Origin: Klebsormidium nitens
Taxonomy: Eukaryota; Plantae; Klebsormidiophyceae
NCBI GenBank assembly: GCA_000708835.1
Contig: DF236976.1
Coordinates: forward strand, 248,001 to 312,000
Reading direction: 5' to 3'
DNA: 64,000 bases
The notes under the pieces are model-generated. The model saw only the letters and a program-made list of their open reading frames with translations. It was not told where the DNA came from and ran no database searches. Both the position numbers and the translations under genes were made by a program. This document shows positions 25,568-35,167 of the stretch, piece after piece; position 1 is the stretch's first letter, and each line of letters starts with the position of its first letter.

Positions 25568-28500
25568 TCAAGGCCGTATGCTGACACCGTCATTCTCAGG
25601 CTCGATCATTGTCAATGGGGCCAACTCGTCCCCGTCATCTCGAGCCCCACGTTTCTTCCGCTCATCTTTCCTTTGCTGCCGTACGTCGCCACTTGTAGAA
25701 GCCGTAAACCCATTCCGCTTGTCGAACCATTCAACGACTGTCTTGTACGGTATATGCGTCAACTTGACAAGGTCCTGAATCTGCTCCCTCTGCAAGAAGG
25801 GTCCGTGCGGCGACCTCAGCTCCAAGTCTGATGTTTTGACAGAGCAAGTAGCGAACCTGCTTCTCAAGAGCGCATGTAGCAATTCCTTCGATTCACTTTT
25901 TTGAGCAGCCATACGGTAACCCGCCGAGGTTGTCTTTTACTTATGACACTTTCAAACAACTCAACCACCACACCCCAAGATGCAAAGCAACTCATCTAGA
26001 TATTGAGCGTTTCGAGCACAGTAAGACCAGGAACAAAAATGTGGGGGACTGAATTTTAAGCTGTGCGGGTAAGCGCCGAAATCTGACCCGCCGCAGGATC
26101 CGGGAGTGGAGAAGCACGCACACAATCCCCACGTCACAGAGGGCCTCGACATGTTGAGGACACCGACTGCTTAAAAGTTGGAAGGCTCAACCCAACAAGA
26201 GAGTACTCTGCTCCATACACTCCGACGAACTTCGTCATGCAATCAAGACACTAGAACTCCACACCACCCCTTCAAGACCGACAGGCGGAGACAAGTTGCT
26301 AGATATGATCACCAATCGCCACTCAGCGACTGGGTCAAAAGCGACTTCGACTTCCACCCTTTCCGAGGGCTGCGCCGCAATGCTGTGCAATCATCTGAAC
26401 CGACTGGACACCAAGTGACAAACCGGCAGAAGCTCGGATAGAACCGGAGATAATCCCTTGAGGACCGTCCCTTCCCGAACTTGTCGGGAAAGCGACGGGA
26501 TTAGGTACACCTCTCACAAAGATACAAAAGAAAGAACGAAACAGAAAACACTTCACTCGATTCGAAACAAGGCTCGTCCACGGACTCACCGACGGCTGCG
26601 GCGCGATTCGATAGACCTTCTCGAACGTCTCCAGGTTGACCTTTTTGATGCGCTTCTTGCTGGGGCCACGCAGCTCTTCCTCCTCTCCATCCCCCTCTGC
26701 CACGGCGTCCGCAGGCGCGCTTTTCTTGGGCACCGCGGACTCGAGCGGCCGGGGGGGCTCCTTGATGTGGATCTTGAGCCACGCCAGGACGACCTTTCGG
26801 GGGAGCTTGGTGTCGGAGACGATGTTCTTGATCTGCAACAAACGGGGATTCCGAACCAGTGTTGGTTTCGACGTCGTAAGACTACTCAGGAAAACGTTCT
26901 ACCGGTGTCACCGCTCGATGGTGCCTTCCGGAATCGCTCGTTGATGACGTCTTTTTGACTTGGCAGGCGACGAAATCAACCAAATGTCCAAAAGAAGAGA
27001 CATTTCTATCGATCAGGAAATGGCAGGGTGCGAAGCGGTGGCGTCGACAGCGGAGCATCGACCAAATGGTGAGAAATGACTGGGTGGGTTTCCATTGGGC
27101 TTCGCTCTTAAGAGAATAACAGCGGCCCAAGAATGGACGATAGAATCGGAACTTTACGCCATAGCCCCTCAATATGTGGACAATATAACGACGCGTTTTG
27201 CTTGTGGGTCGGTAGAGAAGCTATACGAAACTTCAAAAACAAAAAGAACTGAGCAGGTGTCGTCGCAAAAGTTTAGTGTTCGAAACGATGTTTGTTACTC
27301 GCAAGAAGGGAAATAGGAGTGAAAAACGACTCGATAAAAAGAACGCTGGCTTCATTCCAAGGATTGACCAAGAGAATTGCTCGATTTAGGTTTGCTTTGC
27401 ATGGCTGCTGACGGATCTGGGTCACAGTGGACTCCGAGTGCGAACTGTTTAGACAACAATCTGTACCGTGGCCTTGTATGCAACCCTTGTCGAGCACGTC
27501 TCTCTATACAATTACCTCAGTCAGCCCACCGGTTGATGATCTCGTCGTACCTTCATGTCTGAACAGATAAGCAGTAGCCTCACCAACGTCTTTAAGGATG
27601 GGGTCAGCATGATAACATTGCTAGAGCCAAAAGCACGCCCTAACCAGCAGCCTACGAGTGCCCTCAACCAACTCGAGACCCAGCCTCAACTAGACGTAAA
27701 CCAGGCCATTCAGATTCGGGGTCCTTGATCACAAGAAACCGTCGCGTTCTCGGTTACCCGGAAGCAGGCACCTAAGCAGGCCTGCAACGGGTCCATAACC
27801 ACCAAAAAGCAGAATCTTAAATTCGTTGGAAACCAGGCCCTCGAAAGCCGAAACCAGGGCTCGAACCGGCGACTAACCAGCTCCTAACTACCTAGGAAAC
27901 AGGCTCTAAACAGCCACAAACCAGGCCGCTAACCGGCAACAAACGATGCCCCTTACGAACCGAAAGCAGGCCCTAACGAGCAGCAAACCGGCCCTACCCT
28001 CACCTCCAGTTTGTGCCGCCGATGTTCCGACTTTTCGAGCGCCCACCGGAGCTTGCGCTCCTGCCACGTGGTGATCTCTGATAGGGCCAGTGCCATGGCT
28101 GCGCGCTCCTCCGCCTCCTCGGGCGTCTCCGCTTTTTCTTCCGATACTAGTTCGCCTTCCGTCGCTTCAGTCTCGGTCGCCGGCGATTCTTGTGAGCCCA
28201 GATCACCGCTGATCAGAAACTCGCTCGGGGGCGCTGCTTTGGCTGATTCCAATTCCGAAGCTCCGTTCTTTTGTTCGTTGCTGCTCTCTGCATTTCCAGA
28301 CTCTTCACCCTCAACATCTGCGGCTTCAAATTCCTCCTCGTCAAACTCGCCCTCTTCAAACTCGTCAAACTCGTCGAAATCTTCCTCAAACTCGTCCCCT
28401 TCCTCAAAGTCTTCCCCCTCCTCTAGTGCCTCCCCCCCCTCGGCTTCTTCCTCCGCCCACCGCTTGATTTCTGCTACCACTCTTTGCTTCCATTCTTCCT

Positions 28501-29599
28501 CGTCCTCAACCGAAGCCCCGAGCTCCGCCGCCGGGGAGCCCCCCTCGTCTGCGTCGACTTCGATCAACACCCCCCCGACCTCCTTGATCCGCCCCGCTTT
28601 TAGGTCCTCCTCTAGTTCTGCATCGAGCTCGTCGAGCATCGCGTTGAACTCCTCCTCTGAGAGCTCCTGGGATTCAGCCTCTTCCATCTGGGGAGAGCAT
28701 TCGCGAAAGGAGATGTTACAAGGATGGAACTCGTCTGCTATAATGTTGGAACAACTTCGTTGAACAAACTCTATCGGCCTGGCAGATTAAGAGGGCAATC
28801 TTGGATGCTGGCCAAAGTGCGTTTTGGGGGACTTCTTTTGCTTTGCGGACAAGGTCCAATTATGCCCTGGGCAGACAACGGAAGTTGCATACTGATTTGT
28901 AAGGACGCACTTCTAGGCTGGTGACCCTTCCCCGTAGCAACGAACTGAAATTCTACTGGCAACACAACTCTCCAGCATATATATTTCCCTACTCTGAACC
29001 AACACAACTCCTCTTCCGTGGCAAGCCAAGCTGCAGAACACTTTCTTTACAGACTCCGGAGAAAGCAGAAAGCACCACTTCCCCAGACAGAAAGAAAAGA
29101 GCCACCTTTGGCCCAGAACCAATGCCCCCCAATCCCCACCTCTTCCACGCCGATCACAACCTAAAGGCGCCCATCATGACCTAAGTGGTCAACAGAGGCG
29201 CTCGCCAAGCTCTTGATGATTCTCCGATCTCATACATCCGGTCGACCACCCTCACATTGCCACAAACCTACGAACGCTGTCAGAGCGCCTCACCAATTCC
29301 TCCGCCCGCGTTCGTTGCTTTCTTGGGGGGGCTTTTCCTGTGGCCTCTTTTCTTCGCCGCTCTGCAGGACCTGGCCGGTTTTTCCCCGCTCTAGTTTGCA
29401 CTGCAACCCCCCTGGGACTACCATCTGCCGCCCCAAAACATATTTGCCGCTGGAGCCTGCTTGTCTGAAGCTCTGGCCAGCGAATGGGGTTAAGGGAGCT
29501 GACAGAATGGGCAGAGCGGATGCCTTGTGTGTGGTGTGAAAAGGTTGGGGCTGTGCATTGGCATAGGGAGCCAAGTCTAGCTTGCAGAACGGACGTCAT
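25568..29599 (-). CDS. OCP3: OCP3-like plastid-targeted homeodomain-like protein; exons 29599-29294, 28687-28004, 26832-26590, 25789-25568
   Basis: Transit-peptide-like N-terminus, long acidic tract, TWQERKLRWAL, and KRIKKVNLETFEKVYR..PS|REQIQDLVKLTHIPYKTVVEWFD matching the OCP3 C-terminal domain; phase-0 junctions. Confidence 0.85.
27641..27940. repeat. Degenerate strand-biased (A)AACCAG(G)C minisatellite in an OCP3 intron
   Basis: Several irregularly spaced aaccaggcc/aaccagc/aaccggc variants (e.g. 27641, 27698, 27831, 27851, 27918). Confidence 0.5.
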
Positions 29600-29665
29600 G
29601 GTGATGGCCTCAGAAGAGAGACAGGCTGCAACGTTGGGCAGGAGTTGAGTGTTAGTTATTCCGAA

Positions 29666-30030
29666 GGAGAGTCGATAGAAGGATGGCAAATTTTCATAGG
29701 GAGAGTGGAGGACCTCCGGCTCCCAGTTCTCCTTGTAGCGTTTCTTATCGTGCTAATGGATTCAGCAGAACTTTCTAGTCACCATAGAGGAGAGTCGATG
29801 GAAGGGTGGTAAGTTTGCTTAAGAAGAATAAACGAGTTAACAAAACCAATTGTACTTGTTTCTGTGGTCTTTCCAATGATGCCAATAGATTCATCAAAGA
29901 TCTGTAAATTTTATTGATGGAAGGGGTGGTAAAGTTGCGTGACAAGAATGGAGGTCCTGTTGGTCGGGATTCTAGTTGTTTCTGTGGCCTTTCTCATTAT
30001 GCCAGCGGATCAGCAACACTTTGTAGACAA
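29666..30030. repeat. Diverged ~120-bp tandem repeat (about 3 units) directly upstream of the OCP3 start
   Basis: ggagagtcgat(a/g)gaagg at 29666 and 29789; gatggaagg(g)gtggtaa at 29797 and 29916; ttgtttctgtgg(t/c)ctttc..at(g/t)atgcca at ~29856 and ~29976. Confidence 0.7.
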
Positions 30031-30994
30031 CTATTTGCCTGAGCGTAGGCTGCGCAAGTACCAAATTTGGAGAGGGCGGAGCTTGAAGCGACTTACAGAA
30101 TGTAGGAAAGAAGACCCACGTCAATCCGAGATTATGTGCAAATGGGTGCACACAAAGTTCAAAAGGGTGAGCCGATGGTAGGAGTGGTGAGAGGTGTTGC
30201 ACCATTACCAATTGAACAAAGGGAAGGCTTGGCAGACTCTCAAAGAAATGGTGACATGAAAATGCGCAGGACGGGGTAAAGCATACACCTTCAGACTTGA
30301 GAAGCTTCATTCAGTAATGGCACCAAATCCCAACAATCATGCCACTATGCGGAAGAACTAAAGCCTGAGGGAGGCCTTCTGATGCTAAACCTCATGCTTG
30401 AAAATGATTCAAATTGAAAGCATAAAACATGTGTTGAAGGGAAACGAGGCGGCAAACAACGCACCACCTCTTCATCGAGCCCAAAACACAGCATCGTGTC
30501 ACATTTGCCTTGACTCACCTCCAGGTCTTCTAGAGGGAGAGGACCTCTCTGCCTGCTCTGCCTTGGTCTCGTATCAAATAGCAATGCTTTAGCATTTCTG
30601 TTCTTCAAAGGCTGTTTCCGATCGCGTCTCCACCGTGTGCGCGTTGGGTCAATGTCAAAATTGGCATTGCAATGAGCCAGCTCGCCTGCCGCCTCTCAAA
30701 AGTACCGTACCATGCAGGGTGGCGCAGGAAGCTTCTAGGCGCTTATGTTGCCGTACCAGTGGGAATTTAGAGCTCTTTTTTATTTCAAGCACATAACCCG
30801 GCGCAGCGCAATCGGTACCGGGCACACTAGGGGCTCGCTAGCCTGCACGTATTACAAACCGGTGCAAACTCGACGTCAACCGGCTTGGTCCGCTTGCATC
30901 TCGTCTGAAAACTTGTGTGCAATACGAGCCCTGGTCTGGACGTTTGAACAGAAGGCGATGAAGCCACAGTCCAGGACCACTCGCACAACATTGA

Positions 30995-31666
30995 CCTGAG
31001 CCAACCCAGACTCACGGCCCGTTTTGAGAAAACCTCTCAAAACACCAATTTGAAAGTTTGAGTAAAACTCTCAAAATACGGCGATCGATTTTGGACAAAT
31101 CGTTCGTATCCGGTCGGGTCTTTTTGGAGAAAATGCTCAAAATTGCGTCGTACGATACGAACAAATTGCCAAATTTGCGACCGGGTCCGGCCGGGTCTGC
31201 CGTCGCGACCGTCGTGCGGGTAGTTTTCGCGGAATCTCCACCGTCGATGCAGGTGGACCATCGCGCCACAACATCGATCGCGAAGACCGCCAGGATCGCG
31301 GTACATATTAAAAGGACGGTACCCTTATGGGTGGTTGGTCGGAGCGGCGGGCGGCCGCAACTTCCCGGGGACAACGGGCACTTCCCTGGGGCAACCGGGC
31401 CTTCCCGCTTTAGGGGTACACCACTGCGAGTGACAACCGAGCAAGTCCTTTTTGTTTTAGTGTGTGCCCGGGGCTTGCAAGTTGCAGAAATTCGAACCTT
31501 TTCTTCGAAAGGCGCAGCTAGAATACGAGCGATTTGATCGAAACTCGACCGGCTGTTTTGAGCAATTTGTTCAAAAACCGGCTGTTTTGAGCATTTTGTC
31601 CAAAACGACACGGCTGGTGTTCTGAGAGGTTTTCTCGAAACGGGCGTGAGACTGGGTTGCCTGAGC
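30995..31666. mobile_element. 658-bp non-autonomous DNA transposon (31002-31659), ~46-bp TIRs starting CAACCCAG, 7-bp TSD CCTGAGC
   Basis: Left caacccagactcacggcccgttttgagaaaacctctcaaaacacca is the near-perfect reverse complement of the right end. CCTGAGC at 30995-31001 and 31660-31666. Subterminal direct repeat ccggctgttttgagca occurs twice. Confidence 0.88.
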
Positions 31667-32355
31667 ACTGCTTCTTGAAGTTCAAGTTCAAGTTCTAGGA
31701 CTAGAACGTTCAACCTCGAAAAGTGGAGCATTGCAATCTCTGCAGCGTTGCAGGCCAGGGCAGCCTGCTCTGTTTTCAAGAATCTAGGTCCTACAAGACG
31801 TTCTCTGGCGCACAGACCCCTTCAATCACCTCTGCCGTCGGATGCTCTTTTCTACATTTCGTGAGGCCTGTCGAACTGACAAGCAGAAAGCCTGTTAATG
31901 CAACTAGGTGCGGCTAGCGCAGGGACGCAGGCCTCAGACGTTACGAATAAAGGCCCCCTTCACGTGGCAGCATTCTCTTGGCCGTACTTGGATTCCAAAT
32001 GAGGGAATCCCTTTGTGGGGTTCGTTGCTGAGCACTGCGAGGAGCCGCGAAAAAGTCCAAACATACTGCCAGGATGATTCTTGCGAAGGCAGGTATCTGA
32101 TTCTCATAAATCTTCCTCGAGCAGTTCTGCTAATGATGCTTTTGCAAGATCACAATGTTGTGAGCAAAGTCGGTGTTGCTTGCAATTGCGCTGCTCCTTC
32201 GGCACTCTGCACGATTCAAGGTGCAAAGCTTAGACAGTGCGCGTCCGTTTCATTGTTGCATGCATTGGCCAGTCCTATGACTTGCATCTGCTTCAATATT
32301 CTTTCAAGGTCCTGTGAATGCTTTGAGTTTCAAGCTCTGGTTCAACAGAATGCAA

Positions 32356-33167
32356 GGGGCCGTAGCCTAAAAGGGCAAAGCGCCAGGGGTGGCCACCGGA
32401 GACCCACTGTCGGAACCCAATCGGACCTACTTTTATTTGGTTTTGTATCTGAATCAAGGACCAAAGACAAGAACCAACCTGAAACCAAACCAAGGACCCA
32501 ATCCAACCCATTGTTGACCCAGTTTAACCTTTGTTTAAGACCCAATGGACTACAGTAAGGAACCAAGCAGAAACCAATTTGAAGACTCAATTGAATCACA
32601 TCTGAAGACTCAATCGACACGATTTGAGGACCCACTTAACCCACTCCAAGAACCCAACCGACACCAATTTATTGACTGGAACCATTTGGGATCATGACTT
32701 ATTTGGACGCGCTTCGAGGACCCAACAAAACCATTTTGGACGACACAATTGGACCCACTTCTAGAACCAATCTGGACATCTGTCCAACCCATTTTTGCTT
32801 GATCTACTTGGACCCAACTCAAGGACACAGATTGGCTGAAACGTGAACCAATTTGGTTTGTCATTCTTTCTAAACCAATGGACCTACAGAACCATGGACC
32901 CACGGACCCGCATGTGGAAGGGCATCGCAAGGCAGGCGTTGCTTATCGCCCAAGTTACTACAGCCAATCCAGGTGGCAAAGCTTAGGGGCAATTGACCGT
33001 TATGGTTTGGTCCACATGCCGTTCAAGCGTTGCCCCCTGGTCTGGCTGTGTGTGGCAAGGGTGTGTGGCATGCAAGCCGAGCATGTCTCGAAGCAGGACG
33101 GTCCTTGAACCAAAACCGAGAGTGTGGTACACCCCGAGAGATGCTGGTTCGAATCCAGCCGGCCCCA
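32356..33167 (+). ncRNA. tRNA-framed element E1: tRNA 5' half and 3' half separated by a ~725-nt insert in place of the anticodon loop
   Basis: 5' GGGGCCG-TA-GCCT-AAAAGGGCA-AAGC-G; 3' AGAT-GCTGG-TTCGAAT-CCAGC-CGGCCCC-A. Perfect 7-bp acceptor stem and 5-bp T-stem; closing helix GGGGTG/CACCCC then GCCAC/GTGGT. Expression not shown. Confidence 0.7.
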
Positions 33168-33381
33168 GAAACGGTTTACTCACTGAGAATCATTCTTTAG
33201 TCCCTCACCTGTAAACAAGGTTTTGTGGGTAGATTAACCGGGTCACTCTCTGAAGCTTTCGTATCGTAATTGGTGCATGGAACTCGTACGCAACACACTT
33301 GCCGAAGCGCAGAAAATGCTTATCTTATCTTGAGGACGTTTAACGAAGTTTGTGCATTTCTTGTAGGAAACGGACCAGGGC

Positions 33382-34706
33382 ATGGATGAGGCTGACAACG
33401 ACAAGTTCGTCTTCCCAATGCTGATCGGAAGGAAGCAGCGGCGGCCGCCTGACGACCCCTTCTTCAGGACTGGAGACGAGGAACGGGAGCTCTTGGCAAA
33501 GCAGGTGAGTCCTGCACGATTTCGCAAGAGAAGAGCTCTGCATTCAATTGCTGTGATTGAGAAGGGGCGGGAAAGCTGGTGACAGCGTTGGCATGTGGCG
33601 GTTTGTTGACAGTCTGGAGATCTGGTCGTTGGCGGAGCCTCCAAGTTGCCTGGGAGTCTAAAGTGTCCGTACATACAAGCTGGTCAGATTCACTCTTCAA
33701 ATCTTGTACCATGCCCTGGCAGACTCGTGATGCACTATGCGAGTTCCAAGGCTGGCTGCTTGTAAGCATGTGCACAGTTTCCCGAGTGAAGAAAGAATGT
33801 AAGACCTGGGGTGTGAAAGCACGTCCGATCTATCATCATCAAGTCTTAAACATGTACTCCCTTGTTTCATGATCTTCTTCGTCAAGAGATTTGGCCTCTT
33901 ATTCCGATCCCGGATTTGTCCAGGCTGCACTCGAGCTGAGCCCCGAGGAAGCCACACAGCTTGTGGTCGACGACAAGCCCCCGGGAGGCCACGGCTGGAC
34001 GTGCCCCTTCTCTAGTTGTTCCGTCCACCTCGACGGGCCCGCCGCTTACGACCAGCACTACTCCGCTGCGCACGTCAACTCGTGCCGTGTGTGCGGCAGG
34101 GCCTTCCCGACCGTCCGATTGCTCAGCATCCACGTGTCGGAATCTCACGACGCCTTCTTCCAGGCGAAAGCAGCGCGGGGCTTTCCGGTGTACGAGTGTC
34201 TCGTCGAGGGGTGCGGGGGCAAGTTTCAGAATGCGGCGGCGCGGCAGCAGCACCTGAGGGACCGGCACCACTTTGCGGCGTCGTTTGTGTTTGGCAAGGG
34301 AAACCGGAAGCAGTGGCCGGTTGAGCAACCCGGGAAGCGAACGGATAGGAACCGAGGAGAAGAAACGAGGACGGGAGGAGGTAATAGTAAGGGACGAAAG
34401 AACGGGGGTGTGGTTACGGAAAGGAACGACAAGCCGGTTTCGAATGGACACATAGATGTTTCGGAAAAGGCAGAAGGTATCGCGACGTGCGAGGCCCCAT
34501 CTGAAGCAGGCCCGGGGGATGTCTCGAGCATGGACGTGGAAGATCTGAGCAAAGGGTTTTCAAGGCTTAGCACGACCGGTGAGGGAGTCGAAATACCTCG
34601 GAACATCACGTTTGGCCGGCATCGAGGACGACTTTTTGATGAGAGCTTGTTGAGCCGGAAGCAGATTGATAAGAGTCAACGATTGACAAGAACGCTTCAT
34701 ACCTGA
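33382..34706 (+). CDS. ZNF511: ZNF511-like C2H2 zinc-finger protein; exons 33382-33504 and 33924-34706
   Basis: PDDPFFRTGDEERELLAKQ|AALELS, three C2H2 fingers (CPFSSC..H..H, CRVC..H...H, CLVEGC..H..H), HDAFFQA and C-terminal PRNITFG. Confidence 0.88.
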
Positions 34707-35167
34707 GCCAGGGCTTTGCCTATGCGCACTGTCCATGTTTTGATTACCTCTGGATCAAGGAGGATCAATGAGGAAGGTACCTTACGAAATCTGAAAGGAT
34801 GGATCATGTGCATCTATGAATGGATCAAGGCATGTTTCTGAAGAGTGGTTTTCCGGAGCCACCTTTGCGGATACCAGCAGCTCAAGTGAATGTCCTCACT
34901 GAACTTCAGCTTGATTACGAATTTATAGATTGCATGTTTGTCTAAAGACTACTGCTAAAGTTTGCTACACTGATTGAGCGGGGCCTTACCCAAAGCTGTA
35001 AATGTGTACCCAATTTCTAAGTGTGCAATTACTCTATCTATATGTTCGTTCCCGCGTACCTTGCATATGAAATACATATAGTGCCCTTCCTCAAGATGGA
35101 TCAATTAAGTTGTTTACGGATTTCGCCGATTATGCCCGGCCCATGGGCGACATGAGAAATGATCGAG

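Noticed and set aside
28011-28763. 250-aa poly-Ser ORF and other long GC-rich ORFs overlapping genes (e.g. 3706-4266, 38998-39597)
   Set aside because: Antisense or alternate-frame shadows of identified exons.
31012-31779. 255-aa minus-strand ORF over the 7-bp-TSD element as a transposase
   Set aside because: No DDE or zinc-finger motif, non-ATG start, and it runs through both TIRs.
32384-33040. CAGGGGTGGCCAC read as an hAT TIR, paired with ttgccccctg near 33038
   Set aside because: Poor TIR match and no 8-bp TSD; the sequence is better explained as the closing helix of E1.
32356-33167. E1 as tRNA-Val(UAC) or E2 as tRNA-Ala(UGC) with a canonical or group I/II intron
   Set aside because: No excision gives a 5-bp stem with a YU-NNN loop; no bulge-helix-bulge, group I P/Q/R/S or convincing group II domain V motif was seen.
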